The notes under the pieces are model-generated. The model did not search any database, was not told the origin of the DNA, and was given only the letters and a program-made list of their open reading frames with translations. From the IMG/VR virus record IMGVR_UViG_3300036774_000098, positions 1 to 63,009 of that record: 63,009 nt of DNA. One strand, written 5' to 3'. The translations under genes were made by a program, and so were the position numbers. This DNA is from a virus. Lineage: Duplodnaviria; Caudoviricetes. Shown piece after piece: positions 1 through 8,457 of this stretch. Position 1 is the first letter of the stretch. Every line of letters begins with the position of its first letter.

Positions 1-561
1 AGGCAGGCTCAAAACTCCCAAGGCAGTCTGCATTTTCTTGGACTCGCCCAAGCCCTTGCCAACGAAGGACATAGCGGCCATGCAGGTAACCGAATAAGTC
101 TCAGCGGCCTTCTCAGCCTTGGCCAACTTGTCTTTCTGAGCCTGAGTGAGCTCCTTCACTTTCTTGACTTTCTCGCCTTCCGGGGCAACCTTCTTACGTT
201 CTGCGGCGGCCTTACGGATTGCCTCAGCCTGCTGTTTGGTGGCCAGTCCGATGAGACGCAGCGCCTCAGCTAACTGTTCGTTGGTTATGCCGACAACTTC
301 AGGCTTGGCCGCTTCCGCAACCGCCTCAGGTTCAGAAGCCTCAACCGGCGCAACGACTTCGACAGCCTCAACAATCGGTTCAGGCTTCAACTTCGGCCCG
401 GTAGGCTTGGCGTTGCGTTTGGTGTTTTCGCGGTCAAGCTTGTCCTGCAAAACGCCGCTCACAGTAGACGGCCCCTTGCGCTTGGAAGGCGGCAAAGCCG
501 GACCATGGGACTTGCCGTTGAGTTTCGAAAGATCGACAGCAACTTGATTGGTGGCAGTCAT
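1..561 (-). CDS. Hypothetical protein (Lys/Glu/Ala-rich, hydrophobic C-terminal part); runs off the window edge
   Basis: Not in the ORF track. ATG at 561 with GGGAGA RBS; open to position 1 (MTATNQVAVDLSKLNG...MQTALGVLSLP). Confidence 0.7.
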   Translation of the reverse strand, partial: MTATNQVAVDLSKLNGKSHGPALPPSKRKGPSTVSGVLQDKLDRENTKRNAKPTGPKLKPEPIVEAVEVVAPVEASEPEAVAEAAKPEVVGITNEQLAEALRLIGLATKQQAEAIRKAAAERKKVAPEGEKVKKVKELTQAQKDKLAKAEKAAETYSVTCMAAMSFVGKGLGESKKMQTALGVLSLP

Positions 562-801
562 AATTCAGTCTCCCTTGAAAACGCCGTCTCCCAATGAGCC
601 AGCGTCCACAAAGGACACGAGAGATACCTCCCGCAATCGGTAGTCCCGACACCAGCCATCGCACGGCAGGATAGGGATCATTTACAATGTCAAAGAGCAC
701 TGCGTAAACTGGTGAAATCAAGCTCGGCCCTTCGCTTCAGGACGTTTGGTGATAGGGGCAGGGCCTCAGCCCAAGGCCACAACCCCCACTGCCAAGCCCC
801 C

Positions 802-984
802 TTAGCGCATCATGGCCCTCATCAATTCAACCGTAGAAGCTCTAAGCCTGTCACGCTTAGCTCGGCGAGCCTCACGTATGCGCTCAATCATCATGCGGAG
901 TTTGAAGGCTTGCACGTTATGGGCAACTGCCGTGTAGATGGCTCGTTGGCCTAGGGTTACTGTATGGTCTGGAGTATGGTTCAT
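802..984 (-). CDS. Small hypothetical protein
   Basis: 60 aa ORF with AAGGAG RBS upstream. Confidence 0.5.
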   Translation of the reverse strand: MNHTPDHTVTLGQRAIYTAVAHNVQAFKLRMMIERIREARRAKRDRLRASTVELMRAMMR

Positions 985-1026
985 TGTGCGTCTCCTTGGT
1001 TGAAGGTCTGAGCGTGGGGGTTGAGG

Positions 1027-1064
1027 TAAGTCTCTGGTGAGCGGTTAAGTCTCTGGTGAGCGGT
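1027..1064. repeat. 19-bp perfect tandem duplication TAAGTCTCTGGTGAGCGGT x2
   Basis: Copies at 1027-1045 and 1046-1064. Confidence 0.9.
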
Positions 1065-1594
1065 GCGACTACAACCCCTGCTGTCGTCCAGCTCGTCACC
1101 GGCCGACAACCAGAACATAGCACCCCTCCCCACCTCACGATATACTCCGATAGTCTAATGACCACACATTCTTCCAGACGAATATTCCATAATAAAGCTT
1201 ATGCGAATCAAGCCCTTAGCACTTTAAAGAACGGGTACATTATAATACACGGGGAGATTTTCCATAACACTGCCATCCCCCTGCCAGTTTTCCATAACGT
1301 GGTCCCCAGGCTGGCCAGCCGTCGACCCCCTGGCAGGCGGGGAACCCTCCCGGCATGAGCCTCTACGTTAAATCAGGGTCTCCCCCCCTTTCTCAATCAT
1401 CCCAACAACTTACCCAAAAATTTCTGGAAAAAATCTGGAACCCCCCCCCACCCGTCTCCAAAAAATATTGGGAGAAAAAATCCAGATACGAAAAAAGGCC
1501 CCCAGGTTGCCCCAGGAGCCTCGAAACGCATCTGACCCTCACTACCCTACCGGCCACCCCCTCTTCGGCCGTGTAGACCCCCTCTACGGGCTTC

Positions 1595-2023
1595 TCAACG
1601 CATCTGCGCCAGCAACCTTACCATGGCCAATGCGATCCCTGGCGTCTTGGTCTTGCCAGAGGACCAGCCCTTCACCGTGTCCAGAGGGGTGTTGGCCAGC
1701 ACCGAGAACTCCGCCAGCGACAACCCCAACACCTGGAGAGCCTCTTTTAGCGAGTGTCGATCCAACACCTCGCCTCTTCCGGCATTTCCGGTCTTGCTGA
1801 CCACTGGTGTCGGACTGACACTAATCTGGTGTTTACCAGACACTTTATGCCCTTTCTCCACCGGGCGGACACCAGCATCTTGGTTGAGTAAGGGGGTACC
1901 ATGGCAGAGCTCTGGTTGTACTTCTGACTCGCTCGGCATCACCGCATTCATCCGCTTCGCCTCGGGCCTGACGGCGTCCTTCACGAACATCGCCCGCTTC
2001 CTCGTCACTGGAGCCTTGCTCAT
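1595..2023 (-). CDS. XRE-like HTH protein
   Basis: C-terminal LKEALQVLGLSLAEFSVLANTPLDTVKGWSSG. Confidence 0.6.
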   Translation of the reverse strand: MSKAPVTRKRAMFVKDAVRPEAKRMNAVMPSESEVQPELCHGTPLLNQDAGVRPVEKGHKVSGKHQISVSPTPVVSKTGNAGRGEVLDRHSLKEALQVLGLSLAEFSVLANTPLDTVKGWSSGKTKTPGIALAMVRLLAQMR

Positions 2024-2238
2024 GGCTTCCCCCTGATCATCTCCGCCGCATCTTTCAGAACCAGAGCCGCCGCGTCCAGCCGCACCATATCTCCTATGGT
2101 CACCGCCTTCCCCTTCAGATACTCCGCCCGGTCTTCGAGCAGCTTCGCACAGCGCTCGCGCTCTTCCAGGACCTTCTTCTCCATCGCTAGGACCCTCACC
2201 GTCGGCTTCCGCTCTGCGTCTTTCTGTGTATCTTTCAT
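2020..2238 (-). CDS. Hypothetical protein with EERERCA motif
   Basis: Coupled ORF in the leftward operon. Confidence 0.6.
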   Translation of the reverse strand: MKDTQKDAERKPTVRVLAMEKKVLEERERCAKLLEDRAEYLKGKAVTIGDMVRLDAAALVLKDAAEMIRGKP

Positions 2239-2666
2239 TTCCCTCTCCGTATGATGTCAGCCAGCTCCTTGGCCGCCGCTGCTCTGTCCTGGGGGCTCTC
2301 GCCGACGAAGAACGATCCCTCGCCCTCGATTACCCTGGCGCACCGCTCCCGTTCTTCCAGGACGATCTTATTCTCCCTTGCCCCTGGTTCGGACTCCTCA
2401 TGCTTCCTTATGGCCTCCCTTCCCTTGTCGGTTATCGCATAAAGGAACCGCCTGCTGCCGAAGAACACCCTGTGGCCAGGGGCCTCTTCCGCCTGCTCGA
2501 TCAGCCCGCTGTTGTTCATCCTGGTTATCGCCAAGTAGATCTGTTCCATGAACAGCCCTTCCGTGACCTCGAATATGCCTTTCCCGTAGGCCTTCTTTGG
2601 ATGGTCCCTGATGGCCCTCAGGACCACGATCTGGGTCTTTCCCATACGTTTCCGCTCCCTCTTCAT
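2235..2666 (-). CDS. PadR-like winged-helix protein with C-terminal EERERCA motif
   Basis: YGKGI...IYLAITRM..SGLIE...RRFLYAITDKGREA. Confidence 0.6.
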   Translation of the reverse strand: MKRERKRMGKTQIVVLRAIRDHPKKAYGKGIFEVTEGLFMEQIYLAITRMNNSGLIEQAEEAPGHRVFFGSRRFLYAITDKGREAIRKHEESEPGARENKIVLEERERCARVIEGEGSFFVGESPQDRAAAAKELADIIRRGK

Positions 2667-3037
2667 TTACTGTTCCTCCCCCTGATCGCCTTGGCGGCTT
2701 CTTTGCTCCTGGCCCACGTGTGACCCCCCAGCCCCGCATCATCCACCGGGGCAGAGGAAGCTGCCGGCCCTGGGTTGGTCACGATCACCGTCTTGACCCT
2801 GCCCTCCTCGTCCAGCTCCACCCCATCCACCGGGATAGATGGGACGACGGACCTGTCCCCACCCTCACCCCTGGCAGCCCCTTCTCCGCACCAGCTCTTT
2901 GAGTTCGTTCCGGGCCAGTCTCCCATGGCTCCAGACCCGTCCCTCAAGATCGGAGGATGAGCTCGACAATGCCCGCAGGTCTCCTGCCTCGCCCTGCCCC
3001 AGAACCTGCATTCACCGCAGGTCACATGATTTTCCAT
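2663..3037 (-). CDS. Cys-rich hypothetical protein
   Basis: CGECRFW...CGHCRAHPP...WP....SWCGE pattern. Confidence 0.6.
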   Translation of the reverse strand: MENHVTCGECRFWGRARQETCGHCRAHPPILRDGSGAMGDWPGTNSKSWCGEGAARGEGGDRSVVPSIPVDGVELDEEGRVKTVIVTNPGPAASSAPVDDAGLGGHTWARSKEAAKAIRGRNSK

Positions 3038-3040
3038 AAC

Positions 3041-3394
3041 TCAACCCTCCACAGTCGAGCTCGTCTCCGAACTCCTTGCTCTGATCCCTTTGGCGATGTC
3101 CTCCAACAGAGAGACCTTTGCCTCTGCGGCCATCAGCGCCCCGATGAACGTCTTCGGTCTTATGCTGCCCCTGATAGCCTCCGCCACGTCTTCGACCAGC
3201 TTGGCGCATGCCTCCCGCTCTGCCTCGACGCGCTTCGACCGTTCGATTTCCCGCTTCTCCTCCAGCGTCTTTATCAACTGGTTGATCGCCTTCCTGCTGT
3301 ACTCGTCCGCCCGCTCGAGGTGAGCGACCTTCAACTCCAGGTCCCGTATCTTGTCAGCGGTCTGTTGCTCAATCATCGCGTTCTGTGTCGTCAT
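3041..3394 (-). CDS. Coiled-coil hypothetical protein with AEREACA motif
   Basis: Coupled ORF. Confidence 0.6.
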   Translation of the reverse strand: MTTQNAMIEQQTADKIRDLELKVAHLERADEYSRKAINQLIKTLEEKREIERSKRVEAEREACAKLVEDVAEAIRGSIRPKTFIGALMAAEAKVSLLEDIAKGIRARSSETSSTVEG

Positions 3395-3741
3395 TCCTCA
3401 ACCTCCCACTTTATAACAGTCCTGCCATCAGTCGCCTGGGACGTCAGCTCATAGATCTTGTCCACCATCTCCATGGTGACCCTCCCCTTCTCGGTGAGCC
3501 TCAGGAGCTTCACAGGAGCCCCACGAGGCCCGACCTTGTATTCTCCGGTAGGCTCCACCAGATCCCGGCTCCTCAGCCTCATGATGGTCTGATAGACGTG
3601 TGCGCATGTCACCCTCTTGGGTACGATCAGCGAGTTCCACATCTTGGCTATCCCGCGACCATATGCTTCTCCCGGGTGTTCGGCGATGATCCTCATGACC
3701 ATCGCCTGACCCACGCTCACCATCGGTAAGCCTTTGGTCAT
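3391..3741 (-). CDS. PadR-like winged-helix protein
   Basis: AYGRGIA...VYQTIMRL.SRDLVE...LTEKGR. Confidence 0.6.
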   Translation of the reverse strand: MTKGLPMVSVGQAMVMRIIAEHPGEAYGRGIAKMWNSLIVPKRVTCAHVYQTIMRLRSRDLVEPTGEYKVGPRGAPVKLLRLTEKGRVTMEMVDKIYELTSQATDGRTVIKWEVEE

Positions 3742-4067
3742 TTCTTTTTACTCCCCACGGCTCCGTTCGAATAGAAGATGGCCCCGAAACCCTCCAGGGA
3801 GCTCCTGAGGTCCAGGATGTCCCTGACGTCCTTCGGAGGATCCCCCAGCTCGAACTTCGAGATCTTCGTTGTGTTGACGCCCGACGCCACCGCCAAATGC
3901 TGGTTACGGGTGTCGGTCATCGCCCGGCCGCCACGGCACTGCGCGCCGGTGATCGGCTTCCCGGCCGGCAGCAGCTCCATGGGAGCCATTGGAACCTTCC
4001 GCAGCTCCTCCAACGCCGCCAGGGCGTCCATCAGGCTGTCTTCCACGTCTTTCAAGTGGTCTGTCAT
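3738..4067 (-). CDS. XRE-family HTH protein (alphaproteobacterial type)
   Basis: ITGAQCRGGRA...HLAVASGV...ISKFELG. Confidence 0.6.
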   Translation of the reverse strand: MTDHLKDVEDSLMDALAALEELRKVPMAPMELLPAGKPITGAQCRGGRAMTDTRNQHLAVASGVNTTKISKFELGDPPKDVRDILDLRSSLEGFGAIFYSNGAVGSKKK

Positions 4068-4068
4068 C

Positions 4069-4680
4069 TTACCCTCTTCCCTTAATTGCATTCACAACTT
4101 CGATGATCGCAGTCGACTGGGTCGGAGACGCGCACTGCAGAGCCGCCTGTCTGCAGACCTCGGCGCAGGCGTCCCGCTCGGCGGCCACCGCCTTCGGGAT
4201 CATCGCCGACAGCTCGTTCATCACGTTCGCCCGCGTCTCCTTCAGCTCGCGCTCCAGCCGGCGGACGCCCATATCCTTGGTCATCAGACAGGTTCTCTGG
4301 TCTTCCAAGGTCAGGCGCAGGTTCTTGATTGTCTCGGCGTCAGCCTTATGCAGGATCTCCGAATCCACTACTTCTTGCCGGAGAGCCTGGATGTCGCTCT
4401 CTGTCCTCTCCGTGTACTCAGCCCACTGGTCCTTGGCGTTCTTCAGGTCCTCTTCGAAGCTGTCAGCCCGCTCTTGCCACCAGTCACCCCGGTCGATGAG
4501 CTCCTGGAGCTCGGTCGAATTACTGAAGAACTTGTCCTTCCGCGCCGCGTCCAGCGCCTTCACCAGCCCCGTCACCCGCAGCTCGAGGATGCACTCCCTC
4601 TTTATGGATGCTCCGAGCTTGTCGCCCAGCAGCCCGGCGAGCTCAAAAAGCTCTTGCCGCTCCAGGTCGCTTACGTCCAT
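4069..4680 (-). CDS. Coiled-coil hypothetical protein with AAERDACA motif
   Basis: First gene of the leftward operon; AAGGAGG RBS. Confidence 0.65.
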   Translation of the reverse strand: MDVSDLERQELFELAGLLGDKLGASIKRECILELRVTGLVKALDAARKDKFFSNSTELQELIDRGDWWQERADSFEEDLKNAKDQWAEYTERTESDIQALRQEVVDSEILHKADAETIKNLRLTLEDQRTCLMTKDMGVRRLERELKETRANVMNELSAMIPKAVAAERDACAEVCRQAALQCASPTQSTAIIEVVNAIKGRG

Positions 4681-4709
4681 AGTGGTCCTCCTTTGTCCTA
4701 TATGTCCAA

Positions 4710-4758
4710 CATATAGGTTGGTTTAATGCTTGCGTCAAGGGCAAAAGTATGCTAAGGT
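4710..4758. promoter_or_regulatory. Overlapping divergent sigma70-like promoters
   Basis: Minus: TTGACG-17-TATATG. Plus: TTGCGT-17-TAAGGT. Lies between divergent operons. Confidence 0.5.
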
Positions 4759-4827
4759 GTGGATACAATTTAATAAGGAGGACGAAATGAATATGCACAG
4801 CATATCGTGGAGCCTGGAGGGCGGAGC

Positions 4828-4929
4828 ATGAATTCAGCAATGGCCAGGGCGATCGCCATGGTGGTGTCCATGGTGCTCTTGTTCGCGCTTCTTCAGCTTT
4901 TCGCCAGCGTCATCGGAGGACAGAGATGA
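4828..4929 (+). CDS. 33-aa single-TM peptide
   Basis: MNSAMARAIAMVVSMVLLFALLQLFASVIGGQR; ATGA-coupled on both sides. Confidence 0.5.
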   Translation: MNSAMARAIAMVVSMVLLFALLQLFASVIGGQR

Positions 4930-5084
4930 GCAGATTTTATCAGGACTACGCCGAGGCCGAGCCCATGGACACGCTCATCCGGCGTCTCCAGTATCAGGCC
5001 ATGATGTCAGCCAAGTCAGAAGTCGAACAGTTCGGAGCTCGTATGCTCGCCAGCTACCGCGCCCGTAGGAGAGCCGCAGCATGA
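4926..5084 (+). CDS. 52-aa hypothetical protein
   Basis: GGAGG RBS; ATGA overlap with the methyltransferase. Confidence 0.5.
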   Translation: MSRFYQDYAEAEPMDTLIRRLQYQAMMSAKSEVEQFGARMLASYRARRRAAA

Positions 5085-5923
5085 TCAACGAACTCACGGA
5101 AAAGATGTTGGGACGCACTCTTTATACAGAGTGCCCTCTCTGCGCCGATAAGAGGCTCAAGGAGTACGGGACCTGGGACTGCCGGTCTCACCCCCTCTGG
5201 AAGCAGCCCCTGCCATGGACGATCCGCTGGATGGCTTGTGGAGGCTGTGGCCATATCTTCACCGACGGCTTCTTCGAAGGGGAGGCGGCGACCATTCTCT
5301 TCAGCGACGGCCAGAAGAGCCAGCAGGTCCAGGTCAACGAGCAGGAGCGGTGGACAGCGTCCATGCTGATCGACAAGGTGGCGGCTCCCCAGGAGGTTTT
5401 CACCCTGCCGAGCCCCTCCTGGCTGGACGTGGGCTTCGGGTCTGGCGCGCTCGTCATGACGGCCCATGAGTTCGGCTATGAGACCGTCGGCCTCGACCTG
5501 CGCATGAAGAATGTCGACGCCCTCATGAAGCTCGGGTTCATCGCTTATGGGATGTCGCTTGAGGAGTATGTTGGCCGTGGCGTCAGCAACGTGCATGGAC
5601 AGTACAACGTCATCTCCATGCTCGACGTCCTGGAGCACATGCCGTTCCCGCGCACGGCCCTGGACGCCGCTCACAGCATTCTCACTGATGATGGGGTCCT
5701 GGTCATCTCCTGCCCGAACACGGACACCGCCGTCTGGCGGGAACTGAACATGAAGAATGCCAACCCATACTGGGTTGAGATCGAGCACTATCACAACTTC
5801 AGCCGGAAGAACCTGAGCCTCCTCCTGGAAGCCCATGGTTTCATCCCGGTCAGTTACCACGTGTCTCCACGCTATCGCACCTGCATGGAGATCATCTGCG
5901 CAAAAGGAGACGCACATGAGTGA
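5081..5923 (+). CDS. Class I SAM-dependent methyltransferase with N-terminal Zn ribbon
   Basis: CPLC and CGGCG; WLDVGFGSG motif I; ISMLDVLEH; ISCPN; H..NFS. Confidence 0.85.
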   Translation: MINELTEKMLGRTLYTECPLCADKRLKEYGTWDCRSHPLWKQPLPWTIRWMACGGCGHIFTDGFFEGEAATILFSDGQKSQQVQVNEQERWTASMLIDKVAAPQEVFTLPSPSWLDVGFGSGALVMTAHEFGYETVGLDLRMKNVDALMKLGFIAYGMSLEEYVGRGVSNVHGQYNVISMLDVLEHMPFPRTALDAAHSILTDDGVLVISCPNTDTAVWRELNMKNANPYWVEIEHYHNFSRKNLSLLLEAHGFIPVSYHVSPRYRTCMEIICAKGDAHE

Positions 5924-6293
5924 GCAAGAACTTATCCGCTGTCTGCCAGAGGAGCCCCTGATCCTCGTACATGTCCTCGAGAACGTCGGCCGCATGGGCG
6001 ACATCGAGTGCCTGTTTGTCACGACGCCTGATCGGCTCGCCAGGGCCAAGGGCTACGACGTCATGCTCGGCGAGGTCCTCGGTAAGCACTCTGAGATCTC
6101 CATCGAGATGGACGACAACAATACCACCATCGTCTCTGACGATCAGGAGAAGATCAAGTGGCTCCAGTCCCTGAAGTCGAGGGACCACTATGGCCGGGAT
6201 GCTCCAGTTATCCCCGTCGGCTGGGACCTCGTGAAGTGCGCCGAGGAGCAGAAGGCTGAGGAAACTGGTCAGGACGATGAGCAGGACGAATAA
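5916..6293 (+). CDS. Hypothetical phage protein
   Basis: AAGGAG RBS; GRMGD...GEVLGKHSEI; acidic tail. Confidence 0.6.
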   Translation: MSEQELIRCLPEEPLILVHVLENVGRMGDIECLFVTTPDRLARAKGYDVMLGEVLGKHSEISIEMDDNNTTIVSDDQEKIKWLQSLKSRDHYGRDAPVIPVGWDLVKCAEEQKAEETGQDDEQDE

Positions 6294-6585
6294 GCAGATC
6301 AGCCATAAGGGTCTTATTCTCCTGAGTGAATGAGAAGTCCAGCCTCTTAAGCTTCTTCTGCTCCAGCAGGTAGAACCACACTTCTGCCAGGGTCTTATTC
6401 GACATCCACGACAACCGAGGCGTCGCATCCAAAAAGGTTGCGACGCCTTTTGCGTCTCCAGGCTTCCGAGCCCAGAAGCAGATGTCCCAGAACTCCCGCT
6501 CCTTCTTGTCCGACCAGACCTGCATAGCCCACATCTCTGCATCTTCATCCATAGCTGCGCTGTCAATCCCTCTGGGCTTTTCCAT
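6208..6585 (-). CDS. Hypothetical protein
   Basis: AGGAGG RBS; convergent overlap with the upstream gene. Confidence 0.5.
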   Translation of the reverse strand: MEKPRGIDSAAMDEDAEMWAMQVWSDKKEREFWDICFWARKPGDAKGVATFLDATPRLSWMSNKTLAEVWFYLLEQKKLKRLDFSFTQENKTLMADLLIRPAHRPDQFPQPSAPRRTSRGPSRRG

Positions 6586-6647
6586 GTCTACACCTCCTGT
6601 ATATACCGATCATATCACGCTATTTATCGCATTTAAATTCAAATGTG

Positions 6648-6676
6648 TTGCTAACTTCATGGACACATATTACATT
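6648..6676 (+). promoter_or_regulatory. Candidate sigma70 promoter for the packaging/virion operon
   Basis: TTGCTA-17-TACATT in an AT-rich spacer before terL. Confidence 0.45.
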
Positions 6677-6705
6677 CGTCGCAAAGAAGTCGACGGAAGC
6701 GAAAT

Positions 6706-8250
6706 ATGTCATCTGCCTCGTTCATCAAGATAGCCGAGTACTTGCACCAGTATGAGCGCGATCCGCTCGGTTTTGTCATGGACGTTTTCCCCTGGGGGCA
6801 GGAGGGCACGACGCTCGTCGACCAGACTGGCCCTGACACATGGCAGACGGAAGTCCTTGTAACGATTGGTAAATGCCTCGACTGGGAAGAGGCTCTGCAG
6901 ATCGCCATATCATCCGGCCACGGCGTTGGCAAGAGTTGCCTCGTCTCCTGGGTGATCCTCTGGGGGATCAGCACCCGCGTCGGCACCAAGGGCGTCGTTA
7001 CAGCGAACACCGACAACCAGCTCCGCACGAAGACGTGGGTCGAGATCGGCAAGTGGTATCAGCTTGCGCCGATTCTCCACGAGCTTTTCCAGATGGAAGG
7101 CACCTCCATCCACGCCCGCGACGAGAAGTGGGCTCAGCAGTGGAGGTTCGACCGGATCACCTGGAGCGAGAAGTCCACCGAGGCGTTCGCCGGTCTGCAC
7201 AACAAAGGCCGCCGCCTGATCCTCATCATGGACGAAGCCTCCGCTATCCCGGACCTGATCTGGGAAGTGTCCGAAGGCATGAAGACGGACGGCAACACCG
7301 AGATCCTCTGGCTCGCCTGCGGCAACCCAACCCGCTCCATCGGCCGCTTCAAGGACTGCTTCACCCGTTACAGGTCGATGTGGCGCACCAAGAAGGTCGA
7401 CGCCAGGACTTCCAAGATCACCAACAAGAAGCTGTACGACGGCTGGCTGCGCGCCTACGGCGAGGACAGCGACTTCTTCCGCGTTCGCGTGCGCGGCGAG
7501 TTCCCGCGCGTCGGCTCCCTCCAGTTCATCCCCGACGAGCTGGCCCGCGCGGCGGCGATCCGTGAGCCCGTGGCGACCATCTACGATCCGCTCATCATGG
7601 GCGTCGACGTGGCCCGGTTCGGCGACAACATCTCCTGCATCGCCTTCCGGCGTGGCCGCGACGCCCGCACGATCCCCTGGGTCAAGATGTCCGGCGTTGA
7701 CACCAACACCCTGGCCCTGAAGGTCATCGAGCTCTACAAGCAGTATCAGCCAGACGGCGTGTTCGTCGACGCAGGAGGTGTCGGCGGCGGCGTGGCTGAC
7801 CGCCTGCGCTACGCCCGCCTGCCAATCAAGGACGTTATCTTCGGCGCTACCGCCGACGGCCAGAACCACAACACCGAAGAGGGCATGGTCGTCTACGCCA
7901 ACAAGCGGACCCAGATGTGGGGCGCTATGCGTGACTGGCTCGGCAACGTCCCCAATCCCCTCGGCGACATGCTGCCGGGCGGAGCCATCCCCAACGACAT
8001 CCAGCTCATCGACGAACTCACAAGTATTCAATACGGATATACTTTGCTCTACGGCAAGGACGCCATCATCCTCGAGAAGAAGGATGACATGCGCCGACGC
8101 GGCGTCCCCAGCCCCGATCTTTCGGACGCCCTGGCCTGCACCTTCGCCTTCCCGATCATGAAGTCAGACCACACCGACCGGCTGAAGCAGAAGCCGTCTC
8201 ATCAGAATGATTACAACCCGTTCGCCGAATGCTGGAACCTTCCCAATTAG
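6706..8250 (+). CDS. terL: Terminase large subunit
   Basis: Walker A SGHGVGKS; Walker B LILIMDEAS; GNP motif; nuclease GVDVARFGD and SPDLSDALA. Confidence 0.95.
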   Translation: MSSASFIKIAEYLHQYERDPLGFVMDVFPWGQEGTTLVDQTGPDTWQTEVLVTIGKCLDWEEALQIAISSGHGVGKSCLVSWVILWGISTRVGTKGVVTANTDNQLRTKTWVEIGKWYQLAPILHELFQMEGTSIHARDEKWAQQWRFDRITWSEKSTEAFAGLHNKGRRLILIMDEASAIPDLIWEVSEGMKTDGNTEILWLACGNPTRSIGRFKDCFTRYRSMWRTKKVDARTSKITNKKLYDGWLRAYGEDSDFFRVRVRGEFPRVGSLQFIPDELARAAAIREPVATIYDPLIMGVDVARFGDNISCIAFRRGRDARTIPWVKMSGVDTNTLALKVIELYKQYQPDGVFVDAGGVGGGVADRLRYARLPIKDVIFGATADGQNHNTEEGMVVYANKRTQMWGAMRDWLGNVPNPLGDMLPGGAIPNDIQLIDELTSIQYGYTLLYGKDAIILEKKDDMRRRGVPSPDLSDALACTFAFPIMKSDHTDRLKQKPSHQNDYNPFAECWNLPN

Positions 8251-8261
8251 GAGCACCACAC

Positions 8262-8456
8262 ATGGGAGCCTTATTCAACCCTCCGAAAGCGCCTGCCCCT
8301 CCTCCGCCTCCGCCGAATCCTCAGGTTGCGGCCAAGGCCAACGAATCCATCACTGGCGCTTCAGGCCCTGGCGCTGCGGCTGGCGGCACGATCCTGACCG
8401 GCGCTGCGGGCGCGCCTGAGACGAAGACGGCCGGAAAAGCCTTAATGGGTCAGTAA
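8262..8456 (+). CDS. Small Pro-rich protein preceding the portal
   Basis: MGALFNPPKAPAPPPPPP...TILTG...ALMG; typical position in BPP-1-like podoviruses. Confidence 0.65.
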   Translation: MGALFNPPKAPAPPPPPPNPQVAAKANESITGASGPGAAAGGTILTGAAGAPETKTAGKALMGQ

Positions 8457-8457
8457 C

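Noticed and set aside
146-547. Plus-strand 133-aa ORF
   Set aside because: Shadow of the minus-strand gene starting at 561.
1027-1064. Possible CRISPR array
   Set aside because: Only two adjacent copies, no spacer, no cas genes.
3778-4726. Plus-strand 312-aa and 245-aa ORFs
   Set aside because: Antisense to coupled minus-strand genes that have RBSs.
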